Of a DNA stretch of 64,000 bases, positions 33,163-42,753 are shown piece after piece. The notes under the pieces are model-generated. The model was given only the letters and a program-made list of their open reading frames with translations, was not told the origin of the DNA and did no database searches. A program made the position numbers and the translations under genes. The stretch lies in NCBI RefSeq assembly GCF_055900595.2, contig NZ_CM148325.1; one strand, 5' to 3'. Position 1 is the stretch's first letter, and the number at the start of each line of letters is the position of its first letter.

Positions 33163-33933
33163 TTAATGCGGCCGGATATCCAGCCGCAACGCATCCACAT
33201 ACCGCCCCTCGCTGTTCTGCTGCCAGAACCAGCCCTGCCCCTGCTGCGCCTGCGTCAGCATTTTGTCCGGCCAGCCCGGCCACGGCAGGTGGCGCACACC
33301 GGGCAGTTCCACTACCGGCACGTCCGGCAGGCCGGTGAGTTCCCGGCTACGCTGCGGTACACGTCGTAAGCCGCGTAGCCACTGCGCCCAGCGCGGCCCC
33401 GGTCGCCACATCGCCCAGAGCTGGTCTGTCTGCTCCGCCAGTCGACCGCAGCGTTCTGTCTGTGGTGAGACATGAGCTGCCGTCAACTGCGCCAGCCAGT
33501 ACAGCCAGCCCTGTGTGTCATCCAGGCTCTCTTCCAGCCATTCCCGCCCGACACGCTGGTAAATCACCAGTGGCCACGGCCTGCCCGTACTGTCACGCGA
33601 GGCGGTCAGCACCCCGGTCAGCCACTCATCGCGCCCGCCAATGGGGAGAAATCCCGGCGACAGCACAAAACTCCACGGCAATGGGTGGTGCTCCGGTAGT
33701 GCCGTTTTCTCACGTGGTGACAGGTGCATCCAGCCGTCATTTGTTCCGGCCTTCTCGGCATCCGCGCCGTCCGGCACCACGATATGCCGCCCCTGTCCCA
33801 GCCACGTCTGCTGGTTCAGCCACGCCTGCCACACCTGCCCTTCGTTCGCGCTCACCCGCCAGCGCACGTAGTCCCGCTGGTCCGGCAGTCTGCCGAACAT
33901 CGCCGGAGCCGATACCTCTGCCCGGCGCATCAC
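33163..33933 (-). CDS. tagF: T6SS-associated protein TagF
   Basis: 256-aa ORF translationally coupled to the tssM stop (ATGA overlap); region PWSFVLSPGFLPIGGRDEWLTGVLTASRDSTGRPWPLVIY resembles TagF as remembered. Confidence 0.7.
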   Translation of the reverse strand: MMRRAEVSAPAMFGRLPDQRDYVRWRVSANEGQVWQAWLNQQTWLGQGRHIVVPDGADAEKAGTNDGWMHLSPREKTALPEHHPLPWSFVLSPGFLPIGGRDEWLTGVLTASRDSTGRPWPLVIYQRVGREWLEESLDDTQGWLYWLAQLTAAHVSPQTERCGRLAEQTDQLWAMWRPGPRWAQWLRGLRRVPQRSRELTGLPDVPVVELPGVRHLPWPGWPDKMLTQAQQGQGWFWQQNSEGRYVDALRLDIRPH

Positions 33934-36900
33934 AGCGCTCGCTCCGGGCAGGCGAAGCGTTGCAATAGCCCGCGGTTCACCGGGTCAAAATCCCGTCCGG
34001 CGGTGATTTCCAGCACCACCCGCCGCCCGTCAAAACTGTACTCCACCTGCTGTGTTCCCCGTACCACCGTCTCCTGCGCGTTACCCGCATCCAGCAGGTG
34101 AAACAGCGCCCATGGCCCGTTAGTCAGCAACGTCGAGGTGTCCTGGCGGATGCGCGGGCTGGCGGTGATTTCCGCCATTGAGCCGTTGCGCGGCCCCGGC
34201 CAGTTCACTTTCAGCGGCCTGACCGGGCCGTGAGCGTAGCGAAGCACCTGGCCGTCAATGTCAATCACCAGTTCGGTGATGGCAGGGTCCATATCCACCA
34301 CCCGCACCTGCATCGCCCAGGAAAACTTTTTCCCGCCTTCCCCATTAAAAAAAACGCTGCGGATCTGTTTCGCCTCCTGAAACGGTGTCAGGTCCGGCCC
34401 AAGCAACGTCATGTTGCCTTCGGTCGGTTTGTAGCGCCACGGGTTGCTGGCGGTGTCCGCCAGTGGGGCCAGTTGCTTCGTCCAGAACGCATCCAGCACG
34501 CCGCCGCTGGCAAAGATATGGTTAAAATCGTCCGCGCTGACTTCCTGCGGGCTGTCGGTGAAGGGGTAGCGCCCGTCGATGGCGTCGCGGCACTCATCAC
34601 CGATCACCGCTTCCATCTGCGCGTTCAGCACTTCACCGGTGCCGGCGTTGATTTTTCGCGTTCCCTGCTGCGTGAGATCCAGCAGAATATTTTTCAGTGG
34701 CGCGGGCAGTTTTGCCGCCTCCAATTGCAGTTTATCCGCCGCAGAAATGCGGCCAGGTAATGTGCTCGCTGCCAGTGCACTATCAGCGATGGTGAGCTGG
34801 GTGTAATACTCATTGAGCATCGTCAGCAGCGAATTTAACTGCGGCGCGCCGCCGCCCTGCCCGCTGTCTGTCCGCCCGGAAACCACTTCCCGCAAGGCGG
34901 CGAAACGGTCATCCACCAGTGATTTCTCTAGCCGCTCTTCCGGGTGGATGTCCTGCAATAGCTTTGCCGTCTGCACTGCTTTTCCCACATTGCCGGAGAG
35001 CCGGTCCTGCGTGCGCTGGGCCATCTGCTTTTGTCTGGCCTGCGCATCCAGCGGCGGCACCAGCGTGGTCTGCTCCACCACCGCTTTACTCAGGCGCATC
35101 AGCGGGGAATCCGGCGAGGCCAGGGTACGCAGCACCTGAAGGTCATACGCCAGCCCGGGACTGCCGTCTTCCCCGGCACTGTTGATGCTGTGAATACTGG
35201 CCAGAAAATCCTGCCAGCGGCGGGCATATTCAGCCAGGTACAGGCGGCGTACCTCACGGGTAACCGGGAGTTCCTGCCCCGGCAACTGGCTCATCACAAT
35301 ATCCGTCGTTTTTTTTTGCGTGTTTTCCCGGCCCATCACCCAGGCGTCGTCCGCTGATGCGGCTGCGACAAACTCCGACAGCCGTTTGTCGAACAGTTCC
35401 CGGTAGCCTTCGCGAGTGAAGATGCCGGGCACGCCCCGATCCAGCGGCGCGCCATCCGTGCGGACAAAAACCGTTCCCGCATCCGCGCCCACAGCGCGAA
35501 CCAGCGAAAACTCCTGCGGTGCTTCGCTCTCCATGGAAGCCAGGGCTCGAGTGTAGATACGCTCGGTGCTGGTATGGCCGTCAAGGAAAGCTCGCGCCTG
35601 GCGGATCAGCCCCTCATCTTTTTCCCAGGGCAAATGCACCACGCGGCTGCCGTCAAACAGGGCATCGATATGCTCCAGCACGGCGGCGCGACCGCCGAAC
35701 TCCGCCACGCTGTCGCGGTTGCCCAGGTCGTTCAGCACCCAGGCGTGGATCTCCGCCGCGTTGTATTTATCCTCGTGGTCCTTATCGAGGTTCAGCAACA
35801 GATAAACATGCAGGGCGTCATAGGCGGCTTTGCTGTCCTGACGCGCAATCGCATCCGAAAGCACGTATTCCATGCGTTTCACCAGCGGTGGCAGCAGTAA
35901 CTGGTCCAGCAGACGGTCATACAGGGATGCGACGCTCTCCATCACCGGCGGAACGCTGTAAAGACCATAACACCAGGCCAGCGGCGGCGAGTCCGGGTCC
36001 AGTCCCGGCCATGCAGAGAGCGCCCGTGCCTGGTTCAGCAGGGCCGGAACAGGCTGCATAGCAGGTTTTCCGGTATAGGCTTTGACATCACCATCCAGTT
36101 GGGTCGTCCGGCTGGCGATTTCATTCAGATAACCGCTGTTCCCCTGCTGGCTACCCTGCATGCCCTGCCACAACCAGAAAGCCAGCGCCAGTACCAGCAG
36201 ATGCCCGCCAGTACGCAGCAGGCGATAACGCCAGGCCCATTGAAGATTCGGCTCCACCAGGTGCGCTTCGCGGAAGATAAACTGCGTCAGTAGATCGTGC
36301 AGGAAATAGCTGCGGTTGCCGTCCGGCAGGGTATGGGATGGGGAATCAGCCTTCCCTTTGATCGCCCGGACAAAACGCTGCCAGATGCCCGACTGGTCAG
36401 CCACGGCGTCTGCCTGCGCCTGCGCGGCGCTGGTAAAAAATACGCCGCGCAGGGTGTTGTTAAGCTGGGTGGCGTCAAATTTTGAGTCGAGGAAAATCTG
36501 CTCAATGGCTTCCAGCAGCGGCGCACCCAGCGCGGCAAATTCACGCGGGAAGCGGTAGAGCCGCTGGCGGCTTTGAAGGTCGTACTCTTCCTGCAACCGG
36601 GTATCCAGCCCCTGATCCAGCCGCAGCGTCAGGTTTGCCAGTTCCCGGCCACAGAGCGCATGCAGCGACTGCGGATCGCTGGCGTGACGCCTGCGGCTGT
36701 AAGGCAGGGTGAAGCCCCAAACCTGGGCGCGCAGGTGGCTGGTCAGCCCGTGGAAATACTCCGTAAAGCCCGGCAGCAGATCCATTTTGGTGACGACCAG
36801 ATAGACCGGAAAACGAATACCCAGCGTCTCCCGCAGTTCCGCCAGCCGCGCACGCAGGGCCGCACAGGCAGCCAGTCGTTCCGCCGGGGACTGCGCGGTC

Positions 36901-37796
36901 AGATCCGCCACGTTCAGCGTCAGGATCACACCGTTGAGCGGTGCGCCAGGGCGGTGCTTACGCAGCAGCCCAAGAAACCCCTGCCACTCCCCGGCGTTAC
37001 GCTGAGTCGCGCTGATTTCGCCGCCGTCATCGTGGCGGGCATAGCGCCCGGCGGTATCGATGAGTACAGCCTCGTTGGTGAACCACCAGTCACAGTGCAG
37101 CGTGCCGCCGCCCGGCACGGTGAGGATATGCGCGGTCTGCTCCATCTGCTCCGCCAGCGGAAACTGTAGCCCGGTGTTAAGTAGCGCGGTGGTTTTGCCA
37201 TCGCCGGGGCTGCCGATAACCATAAACCACGGCAGTTCGTACAGGAAGCGCTTCCCTTCCAGGACCTTACGCCAGCCGGGCAGGTCCACCCGCAGTTGTT
37301 TCAGTTGCCGGATGGCACGGGTGACAATATGGCTGACCGTGCGCAGGTCGGCTTTAATTTCCCCGGCCACCGGCACGTCTTCCCCGCGCGGATGCAGGAA
37401 ACGGCGCAGCAGTTGTTCATCCAGGCGCAGCGCCCGCCACAGTCGGTACAGGCCATAAAGCGCATAAGTCAGCAGGATCAGGCCGATAAGCGTCAGACGC
37501 AGCCACAGCGGCGCAAACGGGCGAACGTCACCGAAGGCCAGCAGGGGTGAAACAAAACCGATGACCAGGCACAGAACCGTTACGCCAATGATGCTCATCG
37601 ACCAGTTCACCAGCCACAGGGCGAGGAACATCAGTAACAGAACGATGGTGACTACCCGGCTCCCCACAGATGCCAGCGGATGCAGGGTATCAAACGCCAC
37701 CAGCGGCCCGATAAACCAGACCAGCAACGCCAGCATCACCACGCCGACAACGGCCAGCGCGCGGCGGGAAAACAGCATACTGAGAAATTTTTGCAT
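33930..37796 (-). CDS. tssM: T6SS membrane core protein TssM (IcmF)
   Basis: 1288-aa ORF with N-terminal transmembrane helices, Walker A (GSPGDGKTT) and long periplasmic region. Confidence 0.9.
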   Translation of the reverse strand: MQKFLSMLFSRRALAVVGVVMLALLVWFIGPLVAFDTLHPLASVGSRVVTIVLLLMFLALWLVNWSMSIIGVTVLCLVIGFVSPLLAFGDVRPFAPLWLRLTLIGLILLTYALYGLYRLWRALRLDEQLLRRFLHPRGEDVPVAGEIKADLRTVSHIVTRAIRQLKQLRVDLPGWRKVLEGKRFLYELPWFMVIGSPGDGKTTALLNTGLQFPLAEQMEQTAHILTVPGGGTLHCDWWFTNEAVLIDTAGRYARHDDGGEISATQRNAGEWQGFLGLLRKHRPGAPLNGVILTLNVADLTAQSPAERLAACAALRARLAELRETLGIRFPVYLVVTKMDLLPGFTEYFHGLTSHLRAQVWGFTLPYSRRRHASDPQSLHALCGRELANLTLRLDQGLDTRLQEEYDLQSRQRLYRFPREFAALGAPLLEAIEQIFLDSKFDATQLNNTLRGVFFTSAAQAQADAVADQSGIWQRFVRAIKGKADSPSHTLPDGNRSYFLHDLLTQFIFREAHLVEPNLQWAWRYRLLRTGGHLLVLALAFWLWQGMQGSQQGNSGYLNEIASRTTQLDGDVKAYTGKPAMQPVPALLNQARALSAWPGLDPDSPPLAWCYGLYSVPPVMESVASLYDRLLDQLLLPPLVKRMEYVLSDAIARQDSKAAYDALHVYLLLNLDKDHEDKYNAAEIHAWVLNDLGNRDSVAEFGGRAAVLEHIDALFDGSRVVHLPWEKDEGLIRQARAFLDGHTSTERIYTRALASMESEAPQEFSLVRAVGADAGTVFVRTDGAPLDRGVPGIFTREGYRELFDKRLSEFVAAASADDAWVMGRENTQKKTTDIVMSQLPGQELPVTREVRRLYLAEYARRWQDFLASIHSINSAGEDGSPGLAYDLQVLRTLASPDSPLMRLSKAVVEQTTLVPPLDAQARQKQMAQRTQDRLSGNVGKAVQTAKLLQDIHPEERLEKSLVDDRFAALREVVSGRTDSGQGGGAPQLNSLLTMLNEYYTQLTIADSALAASTLPGRISAADKLQLEAAKLPAPLKNILLDLTQQGTRKINAGTGEVLNAQMEAVIGDECRDAIDGRYPFTDSPQEVSADDFNHIFASGGVLDAFWTKQLAPLADTASNPWRYKPTEGNMTLLGPDLTPFQEAKQIRSVFFNGEGGKKFSWAMQVRVVDMDPAITELVIDIDGQVLRYAHGPVRPLKVNWPGPRNGSMAEITASPRIRQDTSTLLTNGPWALFHLLDAGNAQETVVRGTQQVEYSFDGRRVVLEITAGRDFDPVNRGLLQRFACPERAL

Positions 37797-38083
37797 TATT
37801 GTTCAGAACTCCATGCGAGAATCAGTAATAGCAAAATGCCGCAAGCTGAAAAAATCCTTCCAGTACGGGCTACTGAAAGAAAATAAAGAGCAATCTGAAC
37901 AATTATCAAAATAAAATAAATCAACATTTTGATTATTTCTCTGTTCCCATTTCCCTGAGGCAACGTTGTCATTGAAGGATCCATATCCTGCATCCATTGA
38001 TACTCATTCCCGGAAAAAAGCATGATGATGATCAGACCCATAATGAATAACAACCATCCTGATATCTGAATTATTCTTCTCAC
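37796..38083 (-). CDS. Small predicted membrane protein (2-3 TM helices), unknown function
   Basis: 95-aa ORF dominated by hydrophobic helices; between the 227-aa ORF and tssM. Confidence 0.45.
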   Translation of the reverse strand: MRRIIQISGWLLFIMGLIIIMLFSGNEYQWMQDMDPSMTTLPQGNGNREIIKMLIYFILIIVQIALYFLSVARTGRIFSACGILLLLILAWSSEQ

Positions 38084-38091
38084 GAAGACTC

Positions 38092-38775
38092 CTAATGGGC
38101 GATGAGTAAATTAGAGAAATGCAACCAGTTGTTGACAATAAAATTGCCATAGCTGGTATCTTCCTTTATTTTCTCCAGAGTAAGCGACATACCCCGGTTA
38201 TAACGGGCACCAATAATTCTTATCTGCTCTTTCGTCAGGTGTGGTAAGGAGGACTGAAATTCATCTCTTTCAGCTAATTGATAAAGATGTCTGGCCACAA
38301 GTTGAATATTAAAAATATCATGCTGGAGGCAATTTGCCAGTTCACGCAATTGAGAGGTATCCATTTTTGACTCATCAAGCCCAAGCGTTCTGGCTGCGGT
38401 TCGCAATTGCATACTCACTGCACCAAAAGATGTTTTTTCTGGTCTCGAAGTTATTGTGATATGTTCATCAATCCACTCAGGCCCACTCCAGTCAATAGTC
38501 CGAGCATCAAATGCCAGCATATCTACAATACTGGGATCCCCCCCGACTTCTATCCAACACACACCTGCCAGTAAAGGTGCTGGCAAATTATATGTATTGG
38601 CAGCCGATGTTATCAGAAGATGGTTATGTTTTACCCAGCCATCTTTGAAATAACGCCCAAACGGTACACCACCGCCCCATTTTTTTGGCGCTAATTTCCA
38701 GAAAAGAAATTCGGTCACGCCCCATACCGGTGAATGATTCGATGCATTGCAGTCCAGATTATTCATTTTTCTCAC
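38092..38775 (-). CDS. Hypothetical T6SS-embedded protein (227 aa), unknown function
   Basis: ORF overlapping the tssL stop; no signal peptide; no family recognised. Confidence 0.5.
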   Translation of the reverse strand: MRKMNNLDCNASNHSPVWGVTEFLFWKLAPKKWGGGVPFGRYFKDGWVKHNHLLITSAANTYNLPAPLLAGVCWIEVGGDPSIVDMLAFDARTIDWSGPEWIDEHITITSRPEKTSFGAVSMQLRTAARTLGLDESKMDTSQLRELANCLQHDIFNIQLVARHLYQLAERDEFQSSLPHLTKEQIRIIGARYNRGMSLTLEKIKEDTSYGNFIVNNWLHFSNLLIAH

Positions 38776-40088
38776 TCCACCACCAGAATTTCCACCCGAC
38801 GGTTCTGCGCCCGTCCGGTTTTAGTGCTGTTATCGGCCACCGGTACGGTATCTCCTTTCCCGACGACCCGAATCCGGCTGACCGGAACACCACCGGACGT
38901 CAGCAGTGAAGCCACTTCCGTCGCCCGTTTTTCCGACAACACCTGGTTGGAGGGGAATTCAGCGGAGTGGATCGGCTGACTGTCGGTGTGTCCGGTCACC
39001 GTCACCGCGCCGCCCACACGCGCAATCTCTCGCGCGGCCTTATCAATCACCGGGCTTAGCGCATCATTCACGGTTTTCTGCCCTGGTATAAACATCGTAT
39101 CGCCACGAAAGATTACACGGCTGTGATGGTCATCTTCCTCCACCGTCAGCAGGCCACGGGCGATTTCGTTCGCCAGCAGGATTTTCAGCCGCAGTTTATG
39201 CACTGGAACGGGTGGCGGCGGTAGATTTTTACCAATGGCGTCGATACGCTGTTGTACGGTTTCGATAGCGAGGTTCATCCGGTGGCTGTAAAGGCCAAAC
39301 AGCGTCAGCATCACCAGCAGGGCGATTCCGGCACTCAGCCAGACCGGCACGCGGCGCATCCGTCGCATTCGCCCACTGACGGCACCGGCAAAACCCGGCG
39401 AGAGCGTCGGCGTGATCGGATCGCGACGCTGGACCAGTTGAGTCAGCAGTTGCTGACGAATATCGTCCAGTTGTTTACGTCCGTCAGGCCGTACACTGTA
39501 GCGGCCTTCAAAACCCAGCCCCAGAATGTGGTAAATGATCTCCAGTACATCGTTGTGCTCCTGGAAGCTTGCGGCCAGACGCCCAATTATCTGAAACAGC
39601 TTGATGCCGCCTTCACTTTCGCCATGAAAAGTGACCAGCAGGCTTTTTCCAGCCCAGACACCGCGCCGCCCCCAGGTGGTGTTGTTGGCGGCTTCGTCCA
39701 GCGAAGTGCATAGGCAATAACGCACAGCCAGCACATGTTCGCGGCGAAGGTTTGCCTGATCGCATAACGTCTGATATCGACGAACTTCACGCTCCAGTAG
39801 GGCACGATAATGTTCGACAAAACCAGGGGATAGTTCACGGGGCATTTGCGCCAGCGCGCACAGCAGAGGGCTTGCCGCCGCTAAAAGGGGATTCACGGCA
39901 GCGGTGATTTCAGCCAGCCGGATCTTCACATCCGGGCCGTCTTCAACCACCACCTTTATATCTTCCCTGCGAAGGTTGTCCTGTATTGCCGTATCGTAAC
40001 CGTCACTGTCGGGCAGTTTTACTCCCCCGGCTGATGGCTGGAAGGGCAGGGTATTCGCCGCAGGCGGCGTCAGGATCTCATCGGTCAT
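38772..40088 (-). CDS. tssL: T6SS membrane protein TssL (DotU) fused to C-terminal OmpA-like peptidoglycan-binding domain
   Basis: 438-aa ORF: DotU-like cytoplasmic domain, one TM segment, C-terminal OmpA-type region (TVTGHTDS...NRRVEILV). Confidence 0.85.
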   Translation of the reverse strand: MTDEILTPPAANTLPFQPSAGGVKLPDSDGYDTAIQDNLRREDIKVVVEDGPDVKIRLAEITAAVNPLLAAASPLLCALAQMPRELSPGFVEHYRALLEREVRRYQTLCDQANLRREHVLAVRYCLCTSLDEAANNTTWGRRGVWAGKSLLVTFHGESEGGIKLFQIIGRLAASFQEHNDVLEIIYHILGLGFEGRYSVRPDGRKQLDDIRQQLLTQLVQRRDPITPTLSPGFAGAVSGRMRRMRRVPVWLSAGIALLVMLTLFGLYSHRMNLAIETVQQRIDAIGKNLPPPPVPVHKLRLKILLANEIARGLLTVEEDDHHSRVIFRGDTMFIPGQKTVNDALSPVIDKAAREIARVGGAVTVTGHTDSQPIHSAEFPSNQVLSEKRATEVASLLTSGGVPVSRIRVVGKGDTVPVADNSTKTGRAQNRRVEILVVE

Positions 40089-41428
40089 TTATCGCGAACT
40101 CCCCACAGCTCCAGCTCCAGCCCTGGAAACTCTCCGGCGGTATGCATTGCCATACCACCATAGCGGGCGATATGTTCCCACAACACGCCGTCGCGGCGGA
40201 TGTCGTAATAGATGTAACCGGACTGGAACGGGATCTGACGCGGCGGCACCGGCAATACCTGTAAAGCAAGACCCGGCAGGTGCGAGCGAATCAGTTCCGG
40301 CAGGCGTTCTGACGGCCCTATTTTGGTCTGAGCCGAAAAATGTTGTAGTAAGGTGTCGGCGGACATCTGTGCCTTCACCGCCAATACTAACGAGCTGAAA
40401 TCTGACAGTTCGGTAGGTTCAACCACCGCATTGAGAATACCGTAAATTCCCTCTTCCAGAGGGATTCGCTGCGCCCCACGTATTAGCACAGCATTCAGCA
40501 GATACTGAACCTCGTCCACCACCGATTTCAGCCCGGCATAGGGCGTCAAATGCTTATATTCTTTATATTCTTCCGGACGGCGTGTTTGCGGGCGCACGTA
40601 GGTAGAGAGTTCTCCGGCAAGTGCGCAGAGGTTACGATACAGCACCTCAGGCGACAGCGGTGTTTTCGACATATGGATCAGTAAGGGGCCGAAACGATTA
40701 AGAACTTGCAGAAGCAGGTAATCAGACACTTCCGCCGCTTCATGACCGTGTTTGTCGCTCCCCGTCAATCGTTCCGCCAGTGAATTTGCACGCATTTTTA
40801 TCAGATCGTTAATCCACGATAGCCAGGTACATATCAGCGTACTGGCCTGGTAGTTCGCTACTGGCGGGATCAACTCTTTGTCTATATCGACCCGACCATC
40901 GGGATGCAGCGCCGTGATGCGTGTCAGCGGCAGGCCGATCCACGCGTCTGTCACCGCCTTTTCAGGTAACAGTCGCAAGCGCAGGTGGCTAAGTTGCAGT
41001 AGTTGCGCGCCTCGCCCCAGCGAATTGGCATCACGGATTTCACTTTCATGTACCGAAAAACGTGCCAGTGATTCAGGGTTATTGTCGAAACTGGTTTCTT
41101 CACTGTTCGGCGTGCGTATTGGCACAGCCAGATAAATCAACTGGTTAAGATGCTCAGGAAGGATGGTCAGAGGCGGCGGGAGTGGTGTGTGCCCCGGCGC
41201 ATTAAAAGGTGTACCGTCAGCAAATACCCCGGAAGCCTTCGTTAGTACCAGCTTTCCGATGTTCAGCGCCTCACTACCAATACCATACTCATTGAAGCCC
41301 CAGAAAAAAGGTGAAAGAGGCAAACTGCGATAATGAATGACATGTTCCAGATAGCGTTCCTGCTGCTGAAACATCTGTGGCAGCAAAAATTGTCCTTCAC
41401 TCCAGACCACCCGGTTATTCCAACTCAT
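40085..41428 (-). CDS. tssK: T6SS baseplate protein TssK
   Basis: 447-aa ORF MSWNNRVVWSEGQFLLPQMFQQQERYLEH... recognised as TssK. Confidence 0.9.
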   Translation of the reverse strand: MSWNNRVVWSEGQFLLPQMFQQQERYLEHVIHYRSLPLSPFFWGFNEYGIGSEALNIGKLVLTKASGVFADGTPFNAPGHTPLPPPLTILPEHLNQLIYLAVPIRTPNSEETSFDNNPESLARFSVHESEIRDANSLGRGAQLLQLSHLRLRLLPEKAVTDAWIGLPLTRITALHPDGRVDIDKELIPPVANYQASTLICTWLSWINDLIKMRANSLAERLTGSDKHGHEAAEVSDYLLLQVLNRFGPLLIHMSKTPLSPEVLYRNLCALAGELSTYVRPQTRRPEEYKEYKHLTPYAGLKSVVDEVQYLLNAVLIRGAQRIPLEEGIYGILNAVVEPTELSDFSSLVLAVKAQMSADTLLQHFSAQTKIGPSERLPELIRSHLPGLALQVLPVPPRQIPFQSGYIYYDIRRDGVLWEHIARYGGMAMHTAGEFPGLELELWGVRDK

Positions 41429-41431
41429 AAT

Positions 41432-41965
41432 TTACTCATCCCGTTCTTTAATCACTATGGCGCTTTGCTCTATGCCTGCATCCAGTTCGACTTTTTTCTT
41501 TGGCATAAAGCGGCTGTACCAACTTTTTTCCGGTGGATCAGGAATTTTATATGTAGCCCGCCAGACCGATTTTCCCAGATTGCGGTATCCGGCGAGGATC
41601 CCCAGCGTGGTGGTTTCCTTATTGAGGGAGCGGCGCAATTTTTTCTCCTCGCCCGGACGCAGAATAAAGCTGTCGCGGTGGAGTAAATCATCAGCAAGAA
41701 CAGCCTTGTCATTGTCCTGAAGGGACCACCAGTCCGCCGCCGTGAAAGCTGCATCATTTTTCAGTTCATAAACGCGTATCTCTATGGGCGCGGCTTTTTT
41801 CTGATTGTCAGGATTCACCTTATCGGAAGCCTTCATCACCAGATCGAGTCTTTGTGACATCAGGTCCGGCACGTCGTCGCTGTCAATGCTGCACCCGGAA
41901 AGCAGGCAGACAAAAGACAAAGCTACCGCACATAACCACCCACCGGGGTTACGCCATTTATTCAC
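41432..41965 (-). CDS. tssJ: T6SS outer-membrane lipoprotein TssJ
   Basis: GTG start at 41965 preceded by aggaaa; lipobox LLSGC after signal peptide. Confidence 0.8.
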   Translation of the reverse strand: MNKWRNPGGWLCAVALSFVCLLSGCSIDSDDVPDLMSQRLDLVMKASDKVNPDNQKKAAPIEIRVYELKNDAAFTAADWWSLQDNDKAVLADDLLHRDSFILRPGEEKKLRRSLNKETTTLGILAGYRNLGKSVWRATYKIPDPPEKSWYSRFMPKKKVELDAGIEQSAIVIKERDE

Positions 41966-42032
41966 TGTAATTTCCTTTAAAATCAAATGATAAAAACCGG
42001 CCTGGCTATTTGCCGGGCCGGAAAAGTACCGC

Positions 42033-42524
42033 TTAAATTTCTTTATTGGCCTTGAAGTCGTAGCCTGCGGTGATGGTGCCGCCGCTGCCACCTTGCTGGT
42101 TTTGCACCACGTATTCCTGCTTCACGGTGCTGAAAGAGAGTTCGACTGTTTCACGGGAGGCAATTTCACCTTCTTTACTGCCGCTGGGCGATACAACCGC
42201 CACAATCAGGTCAGTGAAGGTATATTTGAGATATTCCAGCGGATTGCCGCCTGCTTTACGCATGGTCAGCACAGCTTTCGGAATGTGTTTGCCAGAGGCG
42301 CAGTACTTGAACAGGTTCGGACTGGCGCGATCGATATAGTGGTCAAAGTCCAGGTTAGTCACGGAGACTTTACCGGATCCCAGACCGCTGCCCGCGTGCA
42401 TGGTGGATTCCTGGTGGATATTCCAGCGCCAGCTCAGCACCTCAATTTCATTTTTATGTTTGTCATCCATTGACTCGCCGTCAATACCGTCAATTTTCAG
42501 AAAAATGTCATAAGCCATTTTCAT
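42033..42524 (-). CDS. hcp: T6SS tube protein Hcp (TssD)
   Basis: 163-aa ORF; MAYDIFLKIDGIDGES... typical Hcp N-terminus. Confidence 0.95.
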   Translation of the reverse strand: MKMAYDIFLKIDGIDGESMDDKHKNEIEVLSWRWNIHQESTMHAGSGLGSGKVSVTNLDFDHYIDRASPNLFKYCASGKHIPKAVLTMRKAGGNPLEYLKYTFTDLIVAVVSPSGSKEGEIASRETVELSFSTVKQEYVVQNQQGGSGGTITAGYDFKANKEI

Positions 42525-42753
42525 TTCCTTATTTAGAATTACTTAAAAATAACCTCTGATTTATCTGTACATCTGGATACAGGTAAACCATTGCCGTACA
42601 GAACCCCCTCTCCTTAATTTCAGAAGAACAGAAGGCTGTATAATTTCCGGTACTGAAATACCGGGAAGATATTTATTTACCTTATAAATAAATCATCAAA
42701 ACAATAATTTTAGCCCTGCGTTTCTCACTCAATATATTCACAAAATAAATAAA

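Noticed and set aside
34230-37550. Multiple 60-200-aa plus-strand ORFs across the tssM region
   Set aside because: All are antisense to the well-supported 1288-aa tssM ORF and have Arg/Pro-rich compositions typical of non-coding frames
42525-42753. Hairpin ccggtactgaaataccgg in the tssC-hcp intergenic region, considered as an intrinsic terminator or attenuator
   Set aside because: Not followed by a U-run on the coding (minus) strand; at most a weak processing or structure element
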